A program made the translations under genes and the position numbers. From Glaciecola sp. (GTDB taxonomy: Bacteria; Pseudomonadota; Gammaproteobacteria; Enterobacterales; Alteromonadaceae): DNA of 64,000 nucleotides. Below, piece by piece: positions 10,072 to 20,855 of the stretch; positions within the stretch are counted from its first letter, which is position 1, and every line of letters starts with the position of its first letter. The DNA is taken from assembly GCA_034112105.1 (NCBI GenBank), contig JAWUVZ010000096.1, positions 4,429-68,428 of the forward strand. The letters are read 5' to 3'. Below the pieces are notes generated by a model that worked only from the letters and a program-made list of their open reading frames with translations, was not told where the DNA came from and made no database searches.

Positions 10072-11469
10072 ATGAATAGGCATGTTGAAAATACTAAAAA
10101 CAACATTGGAAAGGCGCAATCGGCTTTACTGCTTTGTTCCTGTTTACTCGTTGTCTCATTAGTTAGTGGTTGTAATCCAATTAATGAAGCAGGCGATGTT
10201 ACAGTAACTGTGGATGCACCTTCCAAAACGACTGAAATCAAACAAATGCAGCCTCAACAGTTGTACCCTAAAGTCCACCCCGATATGCAACCTGAACTAG
10301 CATCAGCCGGGAAGTATAAAGTGGGCGTTAAGACATTAGATATTACTAATGAAAACTATGTGGATTTATTAGCGCACCAAATTAAGCCGAGGACGCTCAA
10401 AATTGAGGTTTGGTATCCAGCTGACTACAGGGACGGCACTCCTTTAACTTCTTATGAAAACGAAACTAGATTAGCCAAAAAATTCAGCATTCAAGCCAAT
10501 GCGGCGAGAGACGTTGCTCCGTTAGCGTCTGAATCTAAATATCCGGTTGTGGTCATATCACATGGTTACACTGGCTACAGACAAATTATGTTTTACCTCG
10601 GGGAGCATTTAGCTAGCCACGGATACACCGTGGTAGCTATTGATCACACCGATTCAACAAACGAAGATGTTGATATAGTAAATGCGCCGTTCAATGGTTT
10701 TCCAAGTACGCTAATGAACCGCAGCCGTGATCAGCAATTTACTTTGGATTTTATTACTCAGGAAAAACACTTTTTAAGCGAGGTTATTGATCCCAACAAT
10801 GCTGGCCTAATTGGTTATTCAATGGGGGCGTTTGGTGCATTAAATACAGTGGGGGGGTGTTACAATTTCTCGCTCCAGCAAGCAGGAATGTATACCTCAA
10901 CGCAGGATAAAAATATGCTGGGGTTGGTGCAAAAAGCGTTAAACAGCTGTGCTGCAGGGCAGTATGATAATCCAAAAGTTGACGAGAAGTGGAAGGCGGC
11001 AATTATGTTTGCTACATGGGGCGGTCAGAATGATTTATTTACAGATAAAAGTCTTGCCGGTATTCCAGTGCCTACATTATTTGTATCAGGAAACCTTGAT
11101 GATATTTCTGGTTATGCGGGTATACAGTCTTTATATGAAAAAATCCAAGCCCCTAGTATGTACTTACTTACAATGATAAATGCGCGCCATAACATTGCTC
11201 CTCATCCTGCGCCAAAAGAAGCTTGGGGTAGTGAATCCGATTTTGGTCACTATTATGAACCTGCATGGTCAAGTGCAGTCTTAAACGACATAAACAAACA
11301 CTTTGCTTTAGCGATGATGGATTGTCATGTTAAAAAACAAGCTGAAACCTGCGATTACTTGAATTTATCTGAAAGCTCAGATCAAGTGCCGCTGGATGGC
11401 AAACTACCTGAGCCATGGATGGGGTTTGATAGTCGGTTCTCGACCGGATTGCGTTGGGAGCAGAAATAG
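10072..11469 (+). CDS. Putative lipoprotein alpha/beta hydrolase (PAF-acetylhydrolase/dienelactone hydrolase-like)
   Basis: LVSGC lipobox, EVWYPA, VVISHGYTG, GYSMG nucleophile elbow, NARHN. Confidence 0.8.
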   Translation: MNRHVENTKNNIGKAQSALLLCSCLLVVSLVSGCNPINEAGDVTVTVDAPSKTTEIKQMQPQQLYPKVHPDMQPELASAGKYKVGVKTLDITNENYVDLLAHQIKPRTLKIEVWYPADYRDGTPLTSYENETRLAKKFSIQANAARDVAPLASESKYPVVVISHGYTGYRQIMFYLGEHLASHGYTVVAIDHTDSTNEDVDIVNAPFNGFPSTLMNRSRDQQFTLDFITQEKHFLSEVIDPNNAGLIGYSMGAFGALNTVGGCYNFSLQQAGMYTSTQDKNMLGLVQKALNSCAAGQYDNPKVDEKWKAAIMFATWGGQNDLFTDKSLAGIPVPTLFVSGNLDDISGYAGIQSLYEKIQAPSMYLLTMINARHNIAPHPAPKEAWGSESDFGHYYEPAWSSAVLNDINKHFALAMMDCHVKKQAETCDYLNLSESSDQVPLDGKLPEPWMGFDSRFSTGLRWEQK

Positions 11470-11480
11470 GTTGGTTAAAA

Positions 11481-11507
11481 AAATGACGAGTTTTAAACTC
11501 GTCATTT
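11481..11507. terminator. Inverted repeat between convergent genes, probable terminator
   Basis: aaatgacgagttt-t-aaactcgtcattt perfect 13-bp inverted repeat just after the hydrolase stop. Confidence 0.65.
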
Positions 11508-11723
11508 GCTAAAGGTAAATCAGGGACGCAAAAATTCATCCTCTCTCAATGACGATAAGTGAACAACAGGCATAATACCCTAACTTTAATCCTCATTTTT
11601 TTCGTATTAATAAATTGCGCACTAGCGCGTTTTACTATTTAGTACCTTAAGAGCAAGATGCTTTTAGTTAAGAGTCTTGGAAACAGCAAAATTACCAATC
11701 ACTAAATGGCTAAATTAAATTAC

Positions 11724-14700
11724 TTAAGTGGTTTTATCAACGAGTAGTTTAGTTGCATCTTCAACACTCAATGGTGCACTATAATAAAAACCTTGGATGA
11801 TGCGGCCTTGAAGATTAGCTAATATCTGCAATTGTGCTTCTGTTTCAACCCCCTCAGCAATCACTTTCATTGATAAATCGCCTGCTAGCGTGTAAATGTT
11901 TTTCAGCACTATTTTTGTGGGCGCATCTGTTTCAATATTCTGAATGAAGCACCTATCAATCTTTAATGTATCAATAGGGAATTTAGTTAAATAATTAAGC
12001 GAAGAGTAACCAGTACCAAAGTCATCCAAGGCGACACTCACTCCCAGAACCCTAAGCTTAGTTAGAATATCGAGAGTTAAATCAATATTGTCGAGTAAAA
12101 CTGATTCCGTAATTTCTAGCTCTAGGTATTCGGCAGATAAGGCATTCTGTTTTAAGGCTTCTTCTACGTCGTTGACTATATCGGATTTAGTGATTTGCTC
12201 GGCGGATACATTAACCGAGATTTTACCTGAAAAAAGGCCTTGTTCATGCCATATTGCCGCTTGTTTACAGGCTGCGGATAATACCCAGCGTCCTATTTGG
12301 ACAATGGAGCCATTGCGCTCTGCTTCAGGAATAAAAACGTCGGGTGTAATCGCTGTTCCGTCTGGCTGAAACCATCGTATTAAGGCCTCAAATCCAGTTA
12401 TTTGCTTAGAAAATTGATCAATCTGAGGCTGATAATAGAGCTCAAATTCTTCGTTATCCATAGCTGAACGCAACTTCTGTTTTAGCTCTGTTCTTTTCTC
12501 AAGCTCTTTACTTAATGACTCGTTAAAGAAACGAACCGAATTTTTGCCGCTTTGCTTAGCAGCAAACATGGCTGTATCCGCATAAACTAGCAGTGCGTTT
12601 TTATTTTTGGTGTCCGAGGGAAAGCGAGCACCACCAATACTTGCTGAAACACTTACTGTATGGTTAGTCAACTTATAACGACTTTCCAAGGTTTGGCGTA
12701 ATCGTTCTGAGATACTTAACAGTCCGCTAGATTGGCTCCGCTTATTAATGACAATTGCAAATTCATCCCCCCCCAAGCGCGCTAGTAAGTCATCGTCTCT
12801 CAACACATTTCTCATTCGTGCTGATGCTTGTATCAGCAATTCGTCCCCTACTGCATGACCGTAGATATCATTCACTTCTTTAAATCCGTCTAAATCGACT
12901 ATGAGTAGCGTAAAAATATTACTCGGATTAGCAATGAGTTGCTCAACACGTTTATTAAAATTATAGCGGTTTGCAAGACCTGTCAGGTTGTCGTGGTTTG
13001 CTTCCTGATGGAGCTTCTTAATATGTAACCGCCTATTTATAATGAATAATAATAGTGCAAGTGCTAGAAGGCCAGCAAGTGACCATAGAGCGAAAAACCA
13101 CCACGCTTGTTCTATTTCAAAAGTAAATACAGATACTTGATCACTCCATTTGCCATCACTATTGCTAGCGGTGACTTTAAAAGTATAAGTGCCGGCACTA
13201 AGATTGTTATAGGTTACGTTTGTTTTATTTCCAGCTTCCACCCAGTTTTCATCAAAACCTTGCAGTAAATAACGGTAACGATTGGCACTTGGGTTAGTAT
13301 AATCTAACGCTGCATAGGAGAATGACAGGTTGTTGTTTTTATGGGATATAAAAATTTTACTCTGATTATCTAACCCTTGCACCCGAATTTTCTCATCGGA
13401 TTTGACCTGAGTTATCTGAACAGGAACATTATATTCGTTTGATTTTATTTGATTTAAGGTAACGATAACTAGCCCTTTGTTAGAACCCAGATATAAGGTG
13501 TCACCGACTAATGTCTGGCTAGCACCTTCAAAATTGAGACCTGGGAAATTCAATAAACTGGGGTAAACTGTCGACTCTTGGCTACTTGTATCATAGGAAA
13601 ATAGTTGTTCTTTAGTCGTTAGCCAAAGTTTATCTTGGTAGATGCTAACGGTGAACAATTCATTACTGGGGAGCCCTTCATTGGTCGAGAAATATGTTGT
13701 TTCGACATTGTTATCTTCATCAATCCTTAGTTTAGCTAAACCTACGCCAGTAGTTGTAGCCCAAATAGTGCCGTTTGTATCTTCAATAATACTTGAAGTC
13801 CGGATATTCTCTCTATTATCTTTGCCCATACGAATATGTTGCTCTAAGCCGGACTGCAGATTAATACGGTGAATGCCATCTGTGGTGGCTAACCATATAT
13901 CTCCGTTTTTTGAAATCAAGGTATCGTTAGTGTAATTTCCGCCTTTTGTATATGCATGAAGCTCATCATTCAAAAGTTTTTTTACAACCCCTTTCTTAGG
14001 ATCGAATTTCGTTAGACCAACATCTACATAGCCAGTTATCCAAATATCATTATTATTATCTACAAGGACGGTAGTCAGCTCAGTTTTCGCTAAGCCCCAA
14101 GCATTATTCTCAGTATTAAAATAGTTTACGACCTTATCATTTTTGGGGTTATATTGGTGCAGACCGTCTGCTGAGGCGATCCAAAAGTCTCCTGTTAAGT
14201 CTCTATTAACGTCTCTAATGGCAGAGCTTGGTTGGTTTTTTTGTGCGTTAGGCAATAACTCAATTTGCTCTATGGTCTGATCAGACAAACGTAGCTTGTT
14301 TAAACCGCTGGACGTGGCAATCAACACATGCTCTTTATCCATCAGCGCAGTATTGAAGACGACCATACCTGACAGGCCCATCCCATTAGCTTGCCTTTGG
14401 ATTAGGTTACTGGCGCTCTGTAAATAGGATAGAGTTGAAATACCATAGTCGGTGGACACCCACAGTAAACCTGATTGATCCTCGAATAAATGATTAACCT
14501 GACTGGAAATCAAAGATGTTTCATCAAAATCACGCGCGGTTAACAAAGAGAACGTTTGGCGGTTAGAGGATATTAATGTAAGGCCTTTTTCATAATGGGC
14601 AAGCAAAACTTCCCCACTTGGTCTTTCTATTATGCTAGTAATAGTATCGCTAGCGATACCGGATCCATCCAATTTGGCCTTGTACTGGGTAAACTTGTAG

Positions 14701-15461
14701 CTTGTAGGGTCAAAATCAACTAGCCCTTCATTTTGTGTGCCAATCAGAACTCGACCAGTTTTTGAACGAGTCATTTCTAAGATAGTATCTTGGTACCATT
14801 CAGGCGCATCGTTATCTTTATCGCTTGCAAGTATAAAAGTCTGTTCTGTCGGCTTGAAAAACACAATTCCTTGCAATGTTCCAAGCAAAAAATTGTCGTT
14901 ACTGATTTCGACCATCCGAAAGACGGCGATACTATTCGCGGTGTTTTTAATTTCGCCAACGAAGTGAGAGAAAGTATTAGTCTGCGCATGATATAAATTG
15001 AGACCTTCGTTGGTCCCTATCCAGATCCTATTACTTGAATCCTGATAGATAAAATGTAACCAATTGGAGTTGATTGAACCGGGTTTCGAATCATCATGTT
15101 GAAAGTATTCAATTTCACCATCGATTCTAACTTTATTTAGTCCATCCTCAGTTAAGATCCAGATGTTACCTAGGTTGTCCTCCAAGATCTGTATTACAAA
15201 ATTATTAGTGATGTGGTTAGGTGTACCCGGTGAATAAAAAAAGTGGCGATACGATTTACCGTCGTAACGACTAGCCCCTCTATCGGTAGCAAACCAGATA
15301 ATACCATTTCGTTGTTGATAGGTTTGGTAAACACTATTTGAAGGCAAGCCGTCGGCAGTGGTTAATGAATGGAAGCGCAGATTGTTTGCGAGTAAGTTGT
15401 TAGATGCCCCGATTGAAAACAAACAGAGTAAACATAATATTATTTTTAGGAGTCTGTTCAC
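11724..15461 (-). CDS. Membrane diguanylate cyclase/phosphodiesterase with periplasmic beta-propeller (Reg_prop) and Y_Y_Y sensor domains
   Basis: Signal peptide, repeated DxxGxxW propeller motifs, YRYLLQGFD...YTFKVTASNSDG (Y_Y_Y), TM helix, RDDD-x5-GGDEF, EAL, DDFGTGYSS. Confidence 0.93.
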   Translation of the reverse strand: MNRLLKIILCLLCLFSIGASNNLLANNLRFHSLTTADGLPSNSVYQTYQQRNGIIWFATDRGASRYDGKSYRHFFYSPGTPNHITNNFVIQILEDNLGNIWILTEDGLNKVRIDGEIEYFQHDDSKPGSINSNWLHFIYQDSSNRIWIGTNEGLNLYHAQTNTFSHFVGEIKNTANSIAVFRMVEISNDNFLLGTLQGIVFFKPTEQTFILASDKDNDAPEWYQDTILEMTRSKTGRVLIGTQNEGLVDFDPTSYKFTQYKAKLDGSGIASDTITSIIERPSGEVLLAHYEKGLTLISSNRQTFSLLTARDFDETSLISSQVNHLFEDQSGLLWVSTDYGISTLSYLQSASNLIQRQANGMGLSGMVVFNTALMDKEHVLIATSSGLNKLRLSDQTIEQIELLPNAQKNQPSSAIRDVNRDLTGDFWIASADGLHQYNPKNDKVVNYFNTENNAWGLAKTELTTVLVDNNNDIWITGYVDVGLTKFDPKKGVVKKLLNDELHAYTKGGNYTNDTLISKNGDIWLATTDGIHRINLQSGLEQHIRMGKDNRENIRTSSIIEDTNGTIWATTTGVGLAKLRIDEDNNVETTYFSTNEGLPSNELFTVSIYQDKLWLTTKEQLFSYDTSSQESTVYPSLLNFPGLNFEGASQTLVGDTLYLGSNKGLVIVTLNQIKSNEYNVPVQITQVKSDEKIRVQGLDNQSKIFISHKNNNLSFSYAALDYTNPSANRYRYLLQGFDENWVEAGNKTNVTYNNLSAGTYTFKVTASNSDGKWSDQVSVFTFEIEQAWWFFALWSLAGLLALALLLFIINRRLHIKKLHQEANHDNLTGLANRYNFNKRVEQLIANPSNIFTLLIVDLDGFKEVNDIYGHAVGDELLIQASARMRNVLRDDDLLARLGGDEFAIVINKRSQSSGLLSISERLRQTLESRYKLTNHTVSVSASIGGARFPSDTKNKNALLVYADTAMFAAKQSGKNSVRFFNESLSKELEKRTELKQKLRSAMDNEEFELYYQPQIDQFSKQITGFEALIRWFQPDGTAITPDVFIPEAERNGSIVQIGRWVLSAACKQAAIWHEQGLFSGKISVNVSAEQITKSDIVNDVEEALKQNALSAEYLELEITESVLLDNIDLTLDILTKLRVLGVSVALDDFGTGYSSLNYLTKFPIDTLKIDRCFIQNIETDAPTKIVLKNIYTLAGDLSMKVIAEGVETEAQLQILANLQGRIIQGFYYSAPLSVEDATKLLVDKTT

Positions 15462-15738
15462 AATACAATCGTTTTCACTTAGGTCTTGTCTATAGCAGGA
15501 GATAGGTTAAATTCTATCTTGCGTGCGAACCTTAAAACATTCGGTTTTAATGATTACCACAATAGATATATTACGGTTACATCGGTGTTTAGAATCTAGC
15601 AACTACGAATAGTATAACTGCTCTGCACAACAGATGCTAAATTTTTGTGTGCAAATAGAAGCCAATAATTGGAGCCCATAGTTATCGCGGGTTTATTACG
15701 CCGCAACAACCATGAACACTATCCTACTATCACATCTT

Positions 15739-17553
15739 CTATTTTAATTTATCTTCAATATATTGATCAACTAGCCTTTCCATAATATCTAACGGAACAG
15801 CACCATTTTTCAATATTACATCATGAAACTCACCTAACGAGAATTTATCGCCGAGTGCTTTTTGAGCTTTCGCTCTCACTTCTAGTATCTTCATCATGCC
15901 GACTTTATATGCGGTAGCTTGACCTGGTAGCACAATGTAGCGTTCGATCTCAGAAGTAACATCTGATTCAGCCATGCCTGTATTATTTAACATATACTCA
16001 ATCGCTGCTTCACGTGTCCACCGCTTAGAATGAATGCCGGTATCAACAACTAAACGAACTGCTCTAAAAAGCTCAGCTTGCAGTCGACCAATATTATCAA
16101 AAGGGTCATCCTGAAAACCCAATTCCCAAGCCAAATATTCTGAGTACAACGCCCAACCCTCTACGTAAGCGGTGAATGGGGAGATGGTTCTAAATAGAGG
16201 AATACCGTCTAATTCCATTGCAATCGCAATTTGGAAATGATGGCCTGGAATACCTTCATGATAAGCCAAAGTGCGCATTGAATAGGTTGGCGTCGCTTTT
16301 ATATCGTATAAGTTGGCGAAGAATACACCGGGTCGAGTGCCATCGATAGAGGGTTGCTGATAGTAAGCACCGGGTGCTGTTTTTTCTTTAAATAGTGGAA
16401 TACGTTTTACTTTCATTCCCGCTTTTGGTTTTAGCGAAAAGGAGTTGCCTAAACCAGCATCTATTTCGTCTAATATTGTTTGGTAGTCGACTAAAATTTG
16501 CGCTCGGCCCTCGTCAGTATCCGGGTAATAAAACTGGTCGTCGTTTGCTAGTTCGTTTATCGCAGGCGTAAAACCGCCGGTGATATCGTAACCTTCACTG
16601 CCTAGAATATTCAAAATATCACCTTGGATACGCTCAACTTCTGCCAATCCGATATTATGAATTTGGTCAGCGCTGTAGTCAGTAGTAGTAAAAAATCTGA
16701 GGGCGAGCTTGTAAACTTCATCACCTTGAGGCACTTGCCAAATACCATCATTGCTACCCGCTTTATTCTCTAATTCAGAGAAATAGTTAATAAGCATTTT
16801 ATAGGTCGGATATACAGTAATTTCAATTTGTGTTTGAGCTTGTTCGAGTAAATCATCATATTTTTCAGCCGGAATTAGGGCCGTTTTTTTCATTTTTTCG
16901 TGCAATGAAGTATATAAAATATTTTCAGTGGAAGGTTTGTCGACAAACCCCTGCATTTCATCAATAACACGACGAACTACAAACTTAGGCGGAATAATTC
17001 CTTTTTCCTCGCGAATTTTAAGGCCTTCCATCATTTGTTCAAAATAGCGTTTTGACTCACTCAATCGTGAAATGTAATTCTCAACACTTTGAGCATCGGT
17101 AATGGCATGTTGCGCGTCCATGAAACTAGGAAAGTTGCTCTGGGCACCAGACATTTGATTGAATGGATAGTTGTGATGTTGATATTTTTCAAACCCTTCG
17201 ATGGTATCAAATAAATATAATGCAATTTCTTTTGAGAGCTTTTGGTCTTGGTCAAGGTTCTCATATTGCAGAAGCACTTGTTTAGCTTCCTTCAATTCAG
17301 TAAATACTTTTTGGGTAGATGCTTCGCTCGCATCATCTAAATGAGCGTTGTGTCCAGTAATGCCGATACTCTCAAATACGCCAATAGAGGTCATTGTCTC
17401 TGGGCTATTCAGTGCTTGTTTAATGAGAGTACGATCGAGAAATACTCTGAAAGAAAAAGGCTTATCTGCCTTCCACTCGTGAGTGGCTATAGCGCCTGTA
17501 ATAATAATAATGGTTAGCACAACGATGCCTACCCACTTAAAGAAAATTTTCAT
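15739..17553 (-). CDS. DUF885 family protein (putative zinc metallopeptidase, N-terminal anchor)
   Basis: LAYHEGIPGHHFQ, AYVEGWALYSE, RAVRLVVDTGIH, PGQATAYKVG. Confidence 0.92.
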   Translation of the reverse strand: MKIFFKWVGIVVLTIIIITGAIATHEWKADKPFSFRVFLDRTLIKQALNSPETMTSIGVFESIGITGHNAHLDDASEASTQKVFTELKEAKQVLLQYENLDQDQKLSKEIALYLFDTIEGFEKYQHHNYPFNQMSGAQSNFPSFMDAQHAITDAQSVENYISRLSESKRYFEQMMEGLKIREEKGIIPPKFVVRRVIDEMQGFVDKPSTENILYTSLHEKMKKTALIPAEKYDDLLEQAQTQIEITVYPTYKMLINYFSELENKAGSNDGIWQVPQGDEVYKLALRFFTTTDYSADQIHNIGLAEVERIQGDILNILGSEGYDITGGFTPAINELANDDQFYYPDTDEGRAQILVDYQTILDEIDAGLGNSFSLKPKAGMKVKRIPLFKEKTAPGAYYQQPSIDGTRPGVFFANLYDIKATPTYSMRTLAYHEGIPGHHFQIAIAMELDGIPLFRTISPFTAYVEGWALYSEYLAWELGFQDDPFDNIGRLQAELFRAVRLVVDTGIHSKRWTREAAIEYMLNNTGMAESDVTSEIERYIVLPGQATAYKVGMMKILEVRAKAQKALGDKFSLGEFHDVILKNGAVPLDIMERLVDQYIEDKLK

Positions 17554-17791
17554 GATTTGCTGATCCCTATTTCAATTTATTGATCTTCCGGTTCTGATTG
17601 TAATGCTAAGTTGCCGAAAATAGCTAACTTAATACACGTTAATACTGCGGAGTGATTAATTTTTTAGTGAAGGTTGTTATTCTAACGTAGGTTTTGTGAG
17701 CAAGTTTTAGAGTCTTGCGAGTCTCAGATCCTGATAAACCCAAGGTAGTTATTTAGCTGTTGATTTAACTTAACAACTACCTTGTAAATAC

Positions 17792-18319
17792 CTAATCTTT
17801 AATATGTTGTTTTAAGTATTGAAAAATCTCGCGTGCTGCTTTAGGTGTTTTTTCCGCTTCTTTCTGTTTAACTGCTTGACGTTGCATTTGCCTTAGCTTT
17901 TGTCGATCTAAATCAGGATGTTTATCCAGAAGAGTCGAAATAACGCTATCGCCCTGAGCCACAATGTCGTCTCGAAGTTGCTCAAGCTCATGAAATTGGC
18001 TTTCAGATTTTATGTGATGTGCGCGCAATCTGTTGATTCCATCCTCAATGGGTGCAAGCTCGCATCGGCGCAGTATTTTGCCGATTAATTGAAGTTGACG
18101 TCTAAAGCCGTCTTTCTTCTTATTAATACGATTTGCTAATTGGATGGCATCACGCAACTCCTCAGTCAGCGGAATACTGTCTAATTGGGCATTTGAAAAC
18201 TCAACTAAGGCGACACCTAACTGCTTTAGATCTTCTGCTTCTTGCTTAAGCTGAGTTTTGCTTTTTATTATGTCACCATTTTCGTCAAGAAGTGGCTCGT
18301 CGTTGTAATCGGCATTCAT
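17792..18319 (-). CDS. yjgA: Ribosome biogenesis factor YjgA (DarP, DUF615)
   Basis: SKTQLKQEAEDLKQLG, RRQLQLIGK, DRQKLRQ; divergent from pmbA as in other gammaproteobacteria; ATG at 18319 preferred. Confidence 0.9.
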   Translation of the reverse strand: MNADYNDEPLLDENGDIIKSKTQLKQEAEDLKQLGVALVEFSNAQLDSIPLTEELRDAIQLANRINKKKDGFRRQLQLIGKILRRCELAPIEDGINRLRAHHIKSESQFHELEQLRDDIVAQGDSVISTLLDKHPDLDRQKLRQMQRQAVKQKEAEKTPKAAREIFQYLKQHIKD

Positions 18320-18401
18320 ATCAAGTTTTTTGATTTCTTTAGTGCTAGAATTATGGTTGATTGTAACCGCCACACTATAGTTTGGACAGTAAAAATAATA
18401 T

Positions 18402-19733
18402 ATGGAATCTGAAAAGCAGTTAGCAGAAATTCAAAATGTCGTAGATGACGCATTGCGTCTGGCTATTCAAAAGGGTGCGACGGCGGCCGAGGCAAGCATG
18501 TCTAAAGTTCAGGGCATAGCTGTATCATCAAGACTAAAAGAAGTTGAAACTGTAGAGTTTACAAATGACGGCGGGCTAGGCATAGCAGTGTTTGTAGGGA
18601 AACGGAAGGGTAGTGCATCAACCACCGATTTGAGTCCTGCAGCGTTAAGATTAACGGTAGAAAAAGCCGTAGAAATTGCAAAATATACAAGTGAAGATGA
18701 CTGCACTGGCATTGCTGATAAAGAATTTATTGCTACCGAAATACTCGATTTAGACCTATATCACCCCATAGAATTAGATACCGAAGCAGGAATTAAATTG
18801 GCAATTGAAGCCGAAACTGCTGGAATGGACTTTGATTCAAAGATTATTAATTCAGATGGTGCCTCATATAATGCTAATTTGGGTGTTCGAGTATACGGAA
18901 ATACGCATGGTATTAATGCAGGCTACGCAAGTAGTCGTTATAATTTAAGTTGCGTGCTAATCGCTCAAGACGGCAAAGACATGCAACGCAATTATAGCTA
19001 TACAATGAACCGTGAAGCGCATTTACTCGACTCAGCTTTTAAGGTGGGTGTTGATGCAGCTAAAGAGACCTTGAGCCGTTTAGGCGCTAGAAAAATCAAA
19101 ACGGGCAAAGTACCGGTGCTTTTCCATCGTGATATTGCCTCAGGCATTTTCGGTCATTTTGTGAGTGCAATTAGTGGTGGTAGTTTATTTAGACAGTCTT
19201 CATTTCTGCTCGATAGCTTAGGTACCAAAGTATTTCCGGATTGGCTAACAATTAATGAAAAACCCCATTTATTGAAGGGTTTAGCAAGTTCACCATTTGA
19301 TAATGAAGGTGTACGCACACAAGACATGACTATTGTTGAGTCAGGCGTATTGCAGCATTATCTGTTGACTAGTTATTCGGCGCGTAAAATGAAAATGCAA
19401 ACGAATGGTCATGCTGGTGGTATTCACAATTGGCTATTAAGTTCGACCGGTGAGTCGGACAAAGAACTCCTTGAAAAAATGGGAACAGGGCTTATTGTCA
19501 CTGAACTCATGGGACAAGGCGTGAATATTGTGAATGGCGATTATTCTCGCGGCGCGGCTGGTTTTTGGGTGGAAAATGGCGTTATTCAATATCCGGTACA
19601 TGAAATTACGATTGCAGGTAACTTAAAAGATATTTTTCAAAATATTGTCGCAATTGGCGCTGAAACCGAACACCGAGGCAGTATTCAAACTGGCTCTATA
19701 CTTATTGAGTCTATGCAAGTTGCGGGTTCTTAA
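18402..19733 (+). CDS. pmbA: Metalloprotease PmbA (TldE)
   Basis: PFDNEGV, GHAGGIHN, GQGVNIVNGDYSRGAAGFWVENG, EITIAGNL. Confidence 0.96.
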   Translation: MESEKQLAEIQNVVDDALRLAIQKGATAAEASMSKVQGIAVSSRLKEVETVEFTNDGGLGIAVFVGKRKGSASTTDLSPAALRLTVEKAVEIAKYTSEDDCTGIADKEFIATEILDLDLYHPIELDTEAGIKLAIEAETAGMDFDSKIINSDGASYNANLGVRVYGNTHGINAGYASSRYNLSCVLIAQDGKDMQRNYSYTMNREAHLLDSAFKVGVDAAKETLSRLGARKIKTGKVPVLFHRDIASGIFGHFVSAISGGSLFRQSSFLLDSLGTKVFPDWLTINEKPHLLKGLASSPFDNEGVRTQDMTIVESGVLQHYLLTSYSARKMKMQTNGHAGGIHNWLLSSTGESDKELLEKMGTGLIVTELMGQGVNIVNGDYSRGAAGFWVENGVIQYPVHEITIAGNLKDIFQNIVAIGAETEHRGSIQTGSILIESMQVAGS

Positions 19734-19753
19734 TTGTCAAAGTATAGTGGCTT

Positions 19754-19787
19754 AAAAGAAAGCCCGTTCATGCACGGGCTTTCTTTT
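19754..19787. terminator. Bidirectional intrinsic terminator between pmbA and arcA
   Basis: aaaagaaagcccgt-tcatgc-acgggctttctttt perfect 14-bp stem with A/T tails on both sides. Confidence 0.9.
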
Positions 19788-19822
19788 GCTGTTAAGTTTC
19801 TAAACTCTATGTTTTGAGGGGG

Positions 19823-20527
19823 CTAATCTACAGCACCACAAAAACGGTAGCCTTCGCCATGAATGGTTACGATTAACTCTTCATCGTCTGGTTGTGATTC
19901 GAAGTGTTTACGAATACGACGAATAGTTACGTCTACCGTTCTGTCATTAGGGCGCAACTCACGGCCCGTCATTTCCATAATGAGTTGCTCGCGAGTTAAT
20001 ATTTTACCCGGGTTACTCAAGAACAAGTGCAATGCCCTAAATTCACTGCGCGGTAATCTAAACTCTTTTGCTACCGGCGATATTAAGCTACGGCTGTCAC
20101 CATCGAGTGTCCAACCATTGAAGTTAACTTTGCTTGGCAAATCATCATCTTCAGAAGCGTTGCTGGTTCGAGACAGTAAATTGCGAGCTCGAATAGTTAA
20201 TTCTCTCGGGTTAAAAGGCTTAGTCAAATAATCGTCGGCACCAATTTCAAGGCCAAGAATACGGTCAACATCATTATCGCGGCCGGTGAGAAAGATAAGG
20301 CCGACATTTTTCCTATCACGCACTTCACGCGCTAGGATCAAACCATTTTTGCCCGGCAAATTAATATCCATGATGACTAAATTGATCTGGTTGTTGTGGA
20401 AAAAGTCATGCATTTCTTGGCCGTTTTCAGCTTCGAATACATTGTACCCTTCAGCTTCGAATAAGCTTTTCAGCGTAGTACGGGTGACGACTTCGTCTTC
20501 GACGATAAGGATGTTTGGCGTTTGCAT
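19823..20527 (-). CDS. arcA: Aerobic respiration control response regulator ArcA
   Basis: [64 protein letters not shown]. Confidence 0.96.
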   Translation of the reverse strand: MQTPNILIVEDEVVTRTTLKSLFEAEGYNVFEAENGQEMHDFFHNNQINLVIMDINLPGKNGLILAREVRDRKNVGLIFLTGRDNDVDRILGLEIGADDYLTKPFNPRELTIRARNLLSRTSNASEDDDLPSKVNFNGWTLDGDSRSLISPVAKEFRLPRSEFRALHLFLSNPGKILTREQLIMEMTGRELRPNDRTVDVTIRRIRKHFESQPDDEELIVTIHGEGYRFCGAVD

Positions 20528-20855
20528 TCTCTACACTCTTTTAACATTGCTAAATTGAGTTTATCAGAATATTGATAAACATCATTTTTTTTATACGAAA
20601 AATTTCTATTGTTAGCCCACGATACTTTTTGCGCGGTTGGGTACGTACATAGCACTAATAATCTAAATTTCTGAAAATTAACACGTCACGAGCTGTAATA
20701 AGCTTCTTAATTTGTAATAAAATTACAGTATCGCTCACAGTATATTCAAAATAAGACTAAATTGAAAATTAGATTTGTTTAAACTTTCATATTAGCTGCA
20801 ATAACTGTTGTTTAAAGTACATTTTTACTTTGAATTAATTATTGTTTCCTATTTG

